From: a virus
Taxonomy: Duplodnaviria > Heunggongvirae > Uroviricota > Caudoviricetes
Length of the DNA stretch: 10,810 nucleotides
Strand: one strand, 5' to 3'
Virus record (IMG/VR): IMGVR_UViG_2778261392_000002
The notes under the pieces: model-generated
Databases searched by the model: none
The model's input: the letters and a program-made list of their open reading frames with translations, nothing else
What the model was told of the DNA's origin: nothing
Position numbers and translations under genes: made by a program
In this document: positions 1-8,041 of the stretch, in pieces
Layout of the letters: the number at the start of each line of letters is the position of its first letter
How positions within the stretch are numbered: the first letter of the stretch is position 1

Positions 1-18
1 TACATTCCGTTTTGCCGC

Positions 19-44
19 TTCTCCCAAACCAACGTTTATGAAAA
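19..44. other. Candidate 26-bp invertase crossover site (gix/hix/cix/pix-like), imperfect dyad around a central AA dinucleotide
   Basis: TTCTCCCAAACC-AA-CGTTTATGAAAA: the half-sites match in 8 of 12 positions as inverted repeats, the AAACC / GTTT core resembles Hin/Gin/Cin crossover sites as I recall them, and it sits 56 bp upstream of the invertase start, as in Mu gin, P1 cin and e14 pin. Confidence 0.55.
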
Positions 45-99
45 TGCAGAGATAATGGCTAACTGGCATCATCCCCGGTTTTTATTCAGGGGGATGATC

Positions 100-666
100 A
101 TGCTTATTGGCTATGTACGCGTGTCAACAAATGACCAGAACACCGATTTGCAACGTAATGCACTGAACTGCGCGGGATGTGAGCGGATTTTTGAGGACAA
201 AATCAGTGGCACTAAGTCCGACAGACCGGGACTGAAAAAACTGCTCAGGACACTATCGGCAGGAGACACGCTGGTTGTCTGGAAGCTGGACAGGTTGGGG
301 CGCAGTATGCGGCATCTTGTTACGCTGATAGAAGAGTTACGCCAGCGTGGTGTGAATTTCAGAAGCCTGACTGACAGTATTGATACCAGTACCCCAATGG
401 GCCGTTTCTTTTTTCATGTCATGGGTGCCCTGGCTGAAATGGAACGCGAACTGATAGTTGAACGTACCAGGGCAGGGCTGGCTGCAGCTCGTGCCAAAGG
501 CAGAGTAGGTGGACGCCGTCCTAAGTTGACCACCGAACAGTGGGCACAGATTGGGCGTTTACTCGAGGCCGGAGAATCAAGACAGCGTATTGCACTGATT
601 TTTGATGTAGGCGTTTCTACCATTTATAGAAAATTTCCGGCAAATAAGAGCAATGAATCGCCCTGA
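100..666 (+). CDS. Serine DNA invertase (Pin/Gin/Cin/Hin family site-specific recombinase)
   Basis: Translation from ATG 100 begins MLIGYVRVSTNDQ (catalytic Ser motif of small serine recombinases) and ends with a helix-turn-helix (GVSTIYRKFP); about 188 aa, the family's typical size. AGGGGG at 88-93 is a good RBS for ATG 100; the ORF-track start at 55 adds 15 residues with no RBS and is probably not used. Confidence 0.9.
   Translation: MLIGYVRVSTNDQNTDLQRNALNCAGCERIFEDKISGTKSDRPGLKKLLRTLSAGDTLVVWKLDRLGRSMRHLVTLIEELRQRGVNFRSLTDSIDTSTPMGRFFFHVMGALAEMERELIVERTRAGLAAARAKGRVGGRRPKLTTEQWAQIGRLLEAGESRQRIALIFDVGVSTIYRKFPANKSNESP
121..200. promoter_or_regulatory. Possible Fis-dependent recombinational enhancer (sis-like) inside the 5' end of the invertase gene
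   Basis: In Hin/Gin/Cin systems the enhancer lies within the first ~100-200 bp of the invertase coding sequence. GTGTCAACAAATGACC...GATTTGCAACGTAATGC (121-162) resembles the hin/cin enhancer region as I recall it and contains a GTCA-N5-TGAC dyad at 123-135. Individual Fis sites could not be delimited. Confidence 0.3.
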
Positions 667-714
667 ATCAGCATTCTTTTGATTTTTCCTGTAAGCGGAC
701 AAATACCGTCATTT

Positions 715-732
715 TGTGTGAATAACGGCACA
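715..732 (+). promoter_or_regulatory. Candidate Ogr/Delta-type activator box (TGT-N12-ACA) of the P2 late promoter PF upstream of FI
   Basis: TGT(715-717)-N12-ACA(730-732), about 85 bp upstream of the FI start; P2/P4 late promoters carry this dyad near -55. No strong -10/-35 nearby, as expected for an activator-dependent promoter. Confidence 0.4.
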
Positions 733-808
733 ACTGCGATTAGCTGTTTGTCAGGCACAATCACTTCAACATAGGGCGAAGCCTAATCCAATCAGGAGGT
801 TCGCCACT

Positions 809-1981
809 ATGGCTCAGGATTACCACCACGGAGTGCGCGTTGTTGAAGTCAACGAAGGCACCCGATCCATTACCACGGTGAGCACCGCCATCGTGGGCAT
901 GGTCTGCACGGGCGATGATGCCGATGCAAAAATGTTTCCTCTTAATAAACCCGTGCTGATCACTGATGTGCTGACCGCCAGCGGTAAAGCGGGTGAGTCC
1001 GGCACGCTGGCCCGTTCGCTGGATGCTATCGCTGACCAGGCAAAACCCGTGACCGTTGTTGTGCGTGTGCCGCAGGGTGAAACGGAAGAAGAAACCACAA
1101 CCAATATCATCGGCGCAGTGACCGCCGAGGGTAAAAAAACAGGCATGAAAGCCCTGTTATCTTCCCAGTCACAACTCGGCGTTAAACCGCGCATTCTCGG
1201 CGTGCCAGGCCACGACACCAAGGCGGTAGCTACTGAGTTGCTGAGCGTGGCGCAAAGCCTGCGTGGGTTTGCTTACCTGTCAGCGTATGGCTGCAAGACG
1301 GTACAGGAGGCGATCACTTACCGTGAAAACTTCAGCCAGCGCGAAGGGATGCTGATCTGGCCTGACTTTACTGGCTGGGACACGGTGCTGAATGCCGAAG
1401 CAACGGCATATGCCACCGCCCGTGCGCTCGGTCTGCGCGCCAAAATTGATGAGCAGACCGGGTGGCACAAGAGCCTGTCCAACGTAGGCGTGAACGGTGT
1501 CACCGGAATTTCTGCTGATGTGTTCTGGGATCTGCAGGACCCGGCAACCGATGCAGGTCTGCTGAACCAGAACGACGTCACCACACTTGTGCGTAAAGAC
1601 GGCTTCCGCTTCTGGGGTTCCCGCTGCCTGAGTGATGACCCGCTCTTTGCCTTCGAAAACTACACCCGCACGGCGCAGGTGCTGATGGACACGATGGCAG
1701 AAGCACACATGTGGGCGGTGGATAAACCTCTTAACCCGTCGCTGGCCCGCGACATTATCGAAGGTATCCGCGCCAAAATGCGCAGCCTGGTCAGTCAGGG
1801 CTATCTCATTGGTGGTGATTGCTGGCTGGACGAGTCGGTGAACGACAAAGACACGCTGAAAGCCGGAAAACTCACCATCGACTACGACTACACGCCAGTG
1901 CCGCCACTTGAAAACCTGATGCTGCGTCAGCGCATCACCGATCAGTACCTGGTGAATTTCTCCAGCCAGGTCAGCGCGTAA
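809..1981 (+). CDS. FI: Contractile tail sheath protein (P2 gpFI family)
   Basis: 390-aa ORF; N-terminus [19 protein letters not shown]...AIVGMVCTG and C-terminal [13 protein letters not shown] closely resemble P2 FI as I recall it. AGGAGG at 793-798 precedes the ATG. Confidence 0.93.
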   Translation: MAQDYHHGVRVVEVNEGTRSITTVSTAIVGMVCTGDDADAKMFPLNKPVLITDVLTASGKAGESGTLARSLDAIADQAKPVTVVVRVPQGETEEETTTNIIGAVTAEGKKTGMKALLSSQSQLGVKPRILGVPGHDTKAVATELLSVAQSLRGFAYLSAYGCKTVQEAITYRENFSQREGMLIWPDFTGWDTVLNAEATAYATARALGLRAKIDEQTGWHKSLSNVGVNGVTGISADVFWDLQDPATDAGLLNQNDVTTLVRKDGFRFWGSRCLSDDPLFAFENYTRTAQVLMDTMAEAHMWAVDKPLNPSLARDIIEGIRAKMRSLVSQGYLIGGDCWLDESVNDKDTLKAGKLTIDYDYTPVPPLENLMLRQRITDQYLVNFSSQVSA

Positions 1982-1990
1982 GGGGGCAAC

Positions 1991-2506
1991 ATGGCTTTAC
2001 CACGTAAATTAAAACACCTGAACCTGTTTAACGACGGGAACAACTGGCAGGGGATCGTTGAGTCGCTGACGCTGCCGAAATTTACCCGCAAATATGAGAA
2101 GTATCGCGGCGGCGGAATGCCGGGTGCGGTGGATGTGGATCTGGGGCTGGATGACGGCGCACTGGATACAGAATTTTCCATTGGCGGTACTGAGCTGCTG
2201 CTGTTTAAGCAGATGGGCAAAGCTACGGTGGATGGCATCCAGTTGCGCTTTACCGGCTCTATCCAGCGTGACGATACCGGGGAAGTGCAGGCCGTGGAGC
2301 TTGTGGTGCGTGGACGTCACAAAGAAGTAGATTCCGGCGAGTGGAAGACGGGCGAAAGCAACACCACCAAAGTGACCAGTACCAACAGCTACGCGAAGCT
2401 GACCATCAATGGTGAGGTGCTCTATGAAGTGGACCTTATCAACATGGTGGAAATTGTGGACGGTGTGGACCTGATGGAAGCGCACCGTAACGCCCTCGGC
2501 CTCTGA
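1991..2506 (+). CDS. FII: Tail tube protein (P2 gpFII family)
   Basis: 171-aa ORF immediately after FI with a GGGGG RBS at 1982-1986; size and position match P2 FII. Confidence 0.9.
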   Translation: MALPRKLKHLNLFNDGNNWQGIVESLTLPKFTRKYEKYRGGGMPGAVDVDLGLDDGALDTEFSIGGTELLLFKQMGKATVDGIQLRFTGSIQRDDTGEVQAVELVVRGRHKEVDSGEWKTGESNTTKVTSTNSYAKLTINGEVLYEVDLINMVEIVDGVDLMEAHRNALGL

Positions 2507-2517
2507 TGTATCTGAAC

Positions 2518-2535
2518 GGCGCGGAACGCCGCGCC
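2518..2535 (+). other. GC-rich hairpin between FII and E (7-bp stem GGCGCGG / CCGCGCC, loop AACG), not followed by a U-tract
   Basis: Perfect inverted repeat read directly from the sequence, 12 nt after the FII stop and 26 nt before the E start; could be an RNA stability or attenuation element, not a canonical intrinsic terminator. Confidence 0.3.
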
Positions 2536-2560
2536 AGAACCCAATTTACAGGACAGCAAA

Positions 2561-2863
2561 ATGAGCGATAAGCAGACTGAAAAGACCATTCAACTGGATA
2601 CTCCCATCATGCGCGGTAAAACAGAAATTACCGAAATTGTGCTGCGTAAACCGCAGTCCGGTGCGCTGCGCGGCACACGCCTGCAGGCCATTATGGATAT
2701 GGATGTGAACGCGATGATGACCGTGATCCCCCGCATCTCCAGTCCGGCACTGACTGCACAGGAAATTGCAGAGATGGACCCGGCAGATCTCACTGCCATG
2801 TCGGTTGAGGTTGTCACTTTTTTGTTGAAGAAGTCGGTGCTTGCCGGTTTACCGACAGCCTGA
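2561..2863 (+). CDS. E: Tail assembly chaperone gpE (zero-frame product)
   Basis: 100-aa ORF in the P2 position between FII and T; contains the slippery heptamer near its 3' end. Confidence 0.85.
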   Translation: MSDKQTEKTIQLDTPIMRGKTEITEIVLRKPQSGALRGTRLQAIMDMDVNAMMTVIPRISSPALTAQEIAEMDPADLTAMSVEVVTFLLKKSVLAGLPTA

Positions 2864-2997
2864 CGGTTGACGATCTGGTGGCTGATATCGCCACCATCTT
2901 TCACTGGCCGCCATCCGTTACTGACGTTATGCCGCTGACCGAAGTGCTGGAATGGCGGTATAAAGCGATTCAGAGAAGCGGGGCCAGCCATGAGTGA
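2561..2997 (+). CDS. E': Tail assembly chaperone gpE+E', predicted product of a programmed -1 frameshift at T_TTT_TTG (2818-2824)
   Basis: The heptamer T TTT TTG is in the correct phase of the E frame. The -1 frame from 2824 is open to TGA 2995-2997 and reads VEEVGACRFTDSLTVDDLVADIATIFHWPPSVTDVMPLTEVLEWRYKAIQRSGASHE, ending just inside the T start (2990). This is the arrangement described for P2 E/E' and analogous to lambda G/GT. Confidence 0.7.
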
Positions 2998-5900
2998 CAA
3001 TAACCTGCGTCTGCAGGTGATTCTTAATGCGGTTGACAAACTCACCCGCCCATTTCGTGCTGCACAGGCCAGTTCGAAAGAGCTGGCTGGCGCAATCAGA
3101 AACTCCCGTGACGCATTAAAGCAACTCAATCAGGCGGGTAACAGCCTGGAAAAATTTCGCAAGCTGCAGGCCGATAACAAGAAGTTAGGCGACAGGCTGA
3201 ACTATGCCAGACAGAAGGCTAATTTGCTTAGCTCTGAGCTGGAGGCGATGGAGCAACCATCACAACGACACCTTGTGGCTTTAGGTCGGCAAACGCTGGC
3301 AGTCCAACGTCTGGAAGAACAACAAAAATATTTGCAGAAGCAAACGGCGCTTGTGCGTGCAGAACTGTATCGGGCGGGAATTTCTGCGAAAGATGATGCA
3401 GGAGCAACTGCCCGTTTAGCCCGTGAAACATCACGTTATAACCAGGAACTGTCGAAACAGGAGGCGCGGCTGAAGCGACTGGGGGAAGCTCAGCGCAGGA
3501 TGAATGTAGCGCGTGCCAGTTATGCCCGTTCGCTGGAGGTGCGTGATCGTATTGCAGGTGCCGGAGCCACTACCACGGCGGCAGGGCTGGCAATGGGCGC
3601 GCCAGTGATGGCGGCAGTAAAAAGCTATACCAGCATGGAAGATGCCATGAAAGGTGTGGCAAAGCAGGTCAATGGTCTGCGTGACGATAATGGCAACCGC
3701 ACTGCACGTTTTTATGAAATGCAGGATGCCATCAAGGCTGCCAGCGAACAGTTGCCGATGGAAAACGGTGCTGTGGACTTCGCCGCACTGGTTGAAGGTG
3801 GTGCGCGCATGAACGTCGCAAACCCTGATGACAGCTGGGAAGACCAGAAACGTGACCTGCTGGCCTTCGCCAGCACGGCAGCAAAGGCGGCAACAGCCTT
3901 TGAGCTGCCAGCGGATGAACTGTCAGAAAGTCTGGGGAAAATCGCCCAGCTCTACAAAATCCCTACCCGCAATATTGAACAGCTCGGTGATGCGCTGAAC
4001 TTTCTGGATGATAACGCCATGTCGAAAGGGGCGGACATCATTGATGTGATGCAACGTCTGGGCGGTGTGGCTGACCGTCTGGATTATCGTAAAGCGGCGG
4101 CGCTGGGTTCCACCTTCCTGACACTGGGCGCTGCGCCGGAGGTTGCAGCCAGTGCAGCAAACGCGATGGTGCGTGAATTGTCCATTGCCACCATGCAAAG
4201 CAAGAGTTTCTTTGAAGGGATGAATCTGCTGAAACTCAATCCTGAAGTGATTGAAAAGCAGATGACGAAGGATGCGATGGGAACTATCCAGCGTGTGCTG
4301 GAGAAGGTGAACGCACTGCCGCAGGACAAGCGTCTGTCTGCCATGACCATGTTGTTTGGTAAAGAGTTTGGCGATGACGCGGCGAAACTGGCAAACAACC
4401 TGCCGGAACTACAGCGCCAGCTAAAACTGACTGCGGGCAATGATGCGCTCGGTTCCATGCAGAAAGAATCCGACATCAACAAAGACTCACTTTCTGCTCA
4501 GTGGTTGCTGGTCAAAACCGGAGCGCAGAACACCTTCAGCAGCCTGGGCGAAACGCTGCGCCAGCCGCTGATGGATATTCTGTACACGGTGAAAAGCGTC
4601 ACGGGGGCGTTGCGTCGCTGGGTGGAAGCTAACCCGGAACTGACAGGCACACTGATGAAAGCATCGGCTGTTGTAGCTGCGGTGACCGTCGGCCTCGGCA
4701 CCTTAGCGGTGGCGCTGGCTGCAGTGCTGGGGCCGCTGGCAGTGATCCGTCTGGGATTCTCTGTGCTGGGTATCAAAACGTTACCTTCCGTTACGGCAGC
4801 AGTAACTCGAACCAGCAGCGCGTTGTCCTGGCTGGCTGGCGCACCACTGGTACTGCTGCGACGCGGGCTTGCTTCATCGGGCAACGCTGCGGGTTTACTT
4901 ACTGCACCGTTGTCATCTTTGCGCCGCACGGCATCACTGACGGGAAATGTCATGAAAACTGTAGCAGGTGCGCCAGTTGCACTGTTGCGGTCTGGATTAT
5001 CCGGTTTACGTGCTGTTGCTGTGATGTTTATGAATCCACTGGCAGCACTGCGCGGTGGACTGACCGCCGCAGGCGCGGTGCTTCGTGTGCTTGCATCTGG
5101 TCCGCTGGCGATGCTGCGCGTTGCCCTGTATGCCATATCTGGTCTGTTAGGTGCTCTGCTCAGTCCGATAGGTCTTGTGGTTACTGCACTGGCGGGCGTG
5201 GCGCTGGTTGTCTGGAAATACTGGCAACCCATCACCGCATTTCTCGGTGGCGTGGTGGAAGGATTCAAAGCGGCGGCAGGTCCCATCAGTGCTGCATTCG
5301 AACCACTTAAGCCTGTGTTTCAGTGGATTGGCGACAAAGTACAGGCGCTGTGGGGCTGGTTTACTGATCTGCTGACGCCCGTTAAGTCGACCTCTGCCGA
5401 ACTGCAGAGCGCAGCGGCAATGGGGCGGCGATTCGGGGAGGCACTGGCGGAAGGGCTGAATATGGTCATGCATCCGCTGGACTCCCTGAAATCCGGCGTT
5501 TCCTGGTTGCTGGAGAAACTCGGCATTGTCAGTAAAGAGGCCGCAAAGGCAAAACTACCGGAAAGCGTGACGCGTCAGCAACCTGCGACGGTGAATGCAG
5601 ACGGTAAAGTGATGATGCCATCGGGTGGTTTTCCATCATGGGGATATGGCTTTGCGGGGATGTATGACAGCGGCGGCTATATTCCGCGCGGGCAGTTTGG
5701 CATCGTCGGTGAAAACGGGCCGGAAATTGTTAACGGCCCGGCAAATGTGACCAGCCGGAGAAATACAGCTGCACTGGCTGCCGTTGTTGCCGGAATGATG
5801 GGCGTTGCTGCCGCGCCTGCAGAGCTTCCACCGTTGCATCCTTTGGCACTTCCCGCGAAAGGCGGCGAAGCGATGGTGAGTCGTGCAGCCACTGTGCCGC

Positions 5901-6067
5901 CCGTTCACCGGATTGAGGCACCGACGCAGATCATCATTCAGACGCAGCCAGGACAAAGTGCGCAGGATATTGCGCGGGAGGTGGCACGCCAGCTTGATGA
6001 ACGTGAACGCAGGCTGAAGGCAAAAGCCAGGAGTAACTACAGCGATCAGGGGGGATACGACGCATGA
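2990..6067 (+). CDS. T: Tail tape measure protein (P2 gpT family), 1025 aa
   Basis: Very long ORF between the chaperone and gpU; coiled-coil-like N-terminal third, hydrophobic Ala/Leu/Gly-rich repeated middle, Gly-rich C-terminal part; position and composition typical of tape measure proteins. Confidence 0.9.
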   Translation: MSDNNLRLQVILNAVDKLTRPFRAAQASSKELAGAIRNSRDALKQLNQAGNSLEKFRKLQADNKKLGDRLNYARQKANLLSSELEAMEQPSQRHLVALGRQTLAVQRLEEQQKYLQKQTALVRAELYRAGISAKDDAGATARLARETSRYNQELSKQEARLKRLGEAQRRMNVARASYARSLEVRDRIAGAGATTTAAGLAMGAPVMAAVKSYTSMEDAMKGVAKQVNGLRDDNGNRTARFYEMQDAIKAASEQLPMENGAVDFAALVEGGARMNVANPDDSWEDQKRDLLAFASTAAKAATAFELPADELSESLGKIAQLYKIPTRNIEQLGDALNFLDDNAMSKGADIIDVMQRLGGVADRLDYRKAAALGSTFLTLGAAPEVAASAANAMVRELSIATMQSKSFFEGMNLLKLNPEVIEKQMTKDAMGTIQRVLEKVNALPQDKRLSAMTMLFGKEFGDDAAKLANNLPELQRQLKLTAGNDALGSMQKESDINKDSLSAQWLLVKTGAQNTFSSLGETLRQPLMDILYTVKSVTGALRRWVEANPELTGTLMKASAVVAAVTVGLGTLAVALAAVLGPLAVIRLGFSVLGIKTLPSVTAAVTRTSSALSWLAGAPLVLLRRGLASSGNAAGLLTAPLSSLRRTASLTGNVMKTVAGAPVALLRSGLSGLRAVAVMFMNPLAALRGGLTAAGAVLRVLASGPLAMLRVALYAISGLLGALLSPIGLVVTALAGVALVVWKYWQPITAFLGGVVEGFKAAAGPISAAFEPLKPVFQWIGDKVQALWGWFTDLLTPVKSTSAELQSAAAMGRRFGEALAEGLNMVMHPLDSLKSGVSWLLEKLGIVSKEAAKAKLPESVTRQQPATVNADGKVMMPSGGFPSWGYGFAGMYDSGGYIPRGQFGIVGENGPEIVNGPANVTSRRNTAALAAVVAGMMGVAAAPAELPPLHPLALPAKGGEAMVSRAATVPPVHRIEAPTQIIIQTQPGQSAQDIAREVARQLDERERRLKAKARSNYSDQGGYDA
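4830..5165 (+). repeat. About five degenerate tandem coding repeats (~22 aa each) inside the tape measure gene
   Basis: Protein-level repeats: GAPLVLLRRGLASSG / APLSSLRRTASLTG / APVALLRSGLSGLR / PLAALRGGLTAAG / PLAMLRVALYAISG, spaced roughly every 66 nt. Confidence 0.5.
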
Positions 6068-6549
6068 TGATGGTGCTGGGATTGTACGTGTTTATGCTGC
6101 GCACCGTTCCGTATCAGGAACTGCAGTATCAACGCAGCTGGCGACATGCGGCAAACAGCCGGGTAAACCGTCGTCCATCCACGCAGTTTCTGGGACCGGA
6201 CAACGACATGCTGACGCTTTCTGGTGTTCTTATGCCGGAGATAACGGGCGGCAGGCTGTCGTTGCTGGCTCTGGAGCAGATGGCAGAACAGGGAAAAGCA
6301 TGGCCCCTGATTGAAGGCAGCGGCACGATTTACGGCATGTATGTGATTGAGGGACTGAATCTGACTAAAACGGAGTTTTTCCGCGACGGTATGCCGCGCC
6401 GGATTGAGTTCACCCTGTCGCTCAAACGGGTGGATGAATCCCTGTCCGATATGTTCGGTGATCTCAGTACGCAACTGAATAATCTGCAGGACACGGCAAC
6501 ATCTGCCTTAAGTGATATCAGTAAAACGGTGGGAGGGCTGCTGTCGTGA
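6064..6549 (+). CDS. U: Tail protein gpU (P2 family)
   Basis: 161-aa ORF whose ATG (6064) overlaps the T stop TGA (6065-6067); GGGGGGA RBS upstream; size and position match P2 U. Confidence 0.88.
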   Translation: MMMVLGLYVFMLRTVPYQELQYQRSWRHAANSRVNRRPSTQFLGPDNDMLTLSGVLMPEITGGRLSLLALEQMAEQGKAWPLIEGSGTIYGMYVIEGLNLTKTEFFRDGMPRRIEFTLSLKRVDESLSDMFGDLSTQLNNLQDTATSALSDISKTVGGLLS

Positions 6550-7646
6550 ATTTCAGCTCTGAACTGCTTAACAAAGGCAACAAAACTCCCGCATTCAGCA
6601 TCAGTATTGAGGGCAGGGATATCACCACTGTGCTGGATAACCGCCTGATGAGGCTGACGCTGACGGATAACCGGGGCTTTGAAGCGGACCAGCTTGATCT
6701 GGAGCTGGACGACGCCGATGGAAAAATAGCGCTGCCGCGCCGTGGTGCGGTCATTACGCTGGCGCTGGGCTGGAAGGGGCAGCCGCTTTTCCCGAAAGGG
6801 GCATTCACGGTGGACGAGATTGAACACACTGGCGCACCGGACCGCCTGACTATCCGGGCGCGAAGTGCTGATTTTCGGGAAACGCTGAATACCCGCCGTG
6901 AAAAATCGTGGCATAAGACCACCGTCGGGGAAGTGGTGAAGGAAATAGCCTCGCGGCATAAGCTGAAGATGGCACTGGGTAAAGAGCTGTCGGATAAGCC
7001 CGTGGAGCATATAGACCAGACTAATGAGAGTGACGGTAGTTTTCTGATGCGGCTGGCGCGACAGTACGGTGCCATCGCGTCGGTGAAAAATGGCAATCTG
7101 TTATTCATCCGGCAGGGGCAGGGCAAAAGCGCCACTGGTAAACCACTGCCGGTGATCACTATCACACGCAAGGACGGCGACAGTCACCGCTTTACCCTGG
7201 CAGATCGCGGAGCCTACACGGGCGTAATTGCCAGCTGGTTGCATACCCGCGAACCCGCGAAGAAAGAAAGCACCACGGTGAAGCGTAAGCGCAGGACTAA
7301 GAAGCAGAAGAAAGAGCCGGAAGCGAAGCAGGGCGATTACTTGGTGGGTACGGATGAAAACGTGCTGGTACTTAATCGCACCTATGCCAACCGGGGCAAC
7401 GCCGAACGGGCAGCGAAAATGCAGTGGGAACGCCTGCAACGCGGTGTTGCGTCATTCTCGCTACAACTGGCAGAAGGTCGGGCAGATCTCTACACGGAAA
7501 TGCCAGTGAAAGTCAGTGGCTTTAAACAGCCGATAGATGATGCGGAATGGACTATTACCACCCTGACGCATACTGTCAGCCCGGATAACGGTTTTACAAC
7601 CAGTCTGGAACTTGAAGTGAGGATTGATGATTTCGAAATGGAATGA
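6546..7646 (+). CDS. D: Tail protein gpD (P2 family)
   Basis: 366-aa ORF with a GTG start overlapping the U stop (GTGA at 6546-6549); GGGAGGG RBS at 6529-6535; last gene of the FETUD operon before ogr, as in P2. Confidence 0.88.
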   Translation: MNFSSELLNKGNKTPAFSISIEGRDITTVLDNRLMRLTLTDNRGFEADQLDLELDDADGKIALPRRGAVITLALGWKGQPLFPKGAFTVDEIEHTGAPDRLTIRARSADFRETLNTRREKSWHKTTVGEVVKEIASRHKLKMALGKELSDKPVEHIDQTNESDGSFLMRLARQYGAIASVKNGNLLFIRQGQGKSATGKPLPVITITRKDGDSHRFTLADRGAYTGVIASWLHTREPAKKESTTVKRKRRTKKQKKEPEAKQGDYLVGTDENVLVLNRTYANRGNAERAAKMQWERLQRGVASFSLQLAEGRADLYTEMPVKVSGFKQPIDDAEWTITTLTHTVSPDNGFTTSLELEVRIDDFEME

Positions 7647-7736
7647 TTCTTCGCAATGGAGAACTTTTAAGTTTGCAAAATGGAATAATGCGGTATCATT
7701 ATTGTGAATTTAGCAAAAATGGGGAGAACTCGAAAA

Positions 7737-7955
7737 ATGATGATTTGCCCACTGTGTGGAAGTGCCGCCCATACTCGCAGCAGTTTTCAGGTATCTTCAT
7801 TGACCAAAGAGCGTTACAACCAGTGCCAGAATATTAACTGCAGCCATACTTTTGTAACCCATGAAACTTTTGTTCGTTCGATTGCAACGCCAAAAGAGTC
7901 AAATCCGGTTCAGCCGCATCCAATGAAATCAGGACAGGTGGCGCTCTCTCTTTGA
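7737..7955 (+). CDS. ogr: Late gene transcriptional activator Ogr (Ogr/Delta zinc-finger family)
   Basis: 72-aa product from ATG 7737: MMICPLCGSAAHTRSS...KERYNQCQNINCSHTF, with a CxxC...CxxxxC zinc-binding motif and size matching P2 Ogr. GGGGAGAA RBS at 7721-7728. The ORF-track start at 7704 adds 11 residues and is probably not used. Confidence 0.85.
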   Translation: MMICPLCGSAAHTRSSFQVSSLTKERYNQCQNINCSHTFVTHETFVRSIATPKESNPVQPHPMKSGQVALSL

Positions 7956-8041
7956 CGCTGCCGCCAATTTGTCGCCATCATTAAAAAACAGTGCGTCTAA
8001 CATCATGATTTTAAAAGGCATAAATTTCAGGCAACAAAAAA

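Noticed and set aside
55-99. N-terminal extension of the invertase ORF (MANWHHPRFLFRGMI) from the ORF-track start at 55
   Set aside because: The family N-terminus is MLIGYVRVST, and a strong AGGGGG RBS precedes ATG 100; the extension would cover the promoter and site region.
414-623. 69-aa minus-strand ORF inside the invertase gene
   Set aside because: Antisense to a confidently assigned CDS, with low-complexity Ala/Ser/Pro/Arg composition.
820-2485. Minus-strand and alternative-frame ORFs overlapping FI and FII (820-1221, 1280-1708, 1318-1584, 1942-2238, 2009-2485, 2094-2330)
   Set aside because: All lie within or across the sheath and tube genes in other frames; no RBS context and no recognisable motifs.
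2590-3129. 179-aa minus-strand ORF spanning E, E' and the start of T
   Set aside because: Antisense to three tightly coupled plus-strand genes, including the frameshift region; Ser/Ala/Arg-rich composition.
3228-6474. Multiple minus-strand and alternative-frame ORFs inside T and U, including a 262-aa one at 4498-5286
   Set aside because: They overlap the GC-rich repeat region of T; Ala/Ser/Thr/Pro/Arg-rich low-complexity translations are typical antisense artefacts.
6330-7439. Minus-strand ORFs of 226, 217 and 112 aa overlapping U and D
   Set aside because: Antisense to well-supported tail genes; no start context or domains recognisable.
7643-7837. 64-aa plus-strand ORF whose ATG overlaps the D stop (ATGA) and which overlaps the first about 100 bp of ogr in another frame
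   Set aside because: It would cover the region expected to hold the ogr promoter and RBS and overlap the conserved Cys-rich Ogr N-terminus; it has no RBS of its own. The ATGA overlap is tempting, but I consider it coincidental.
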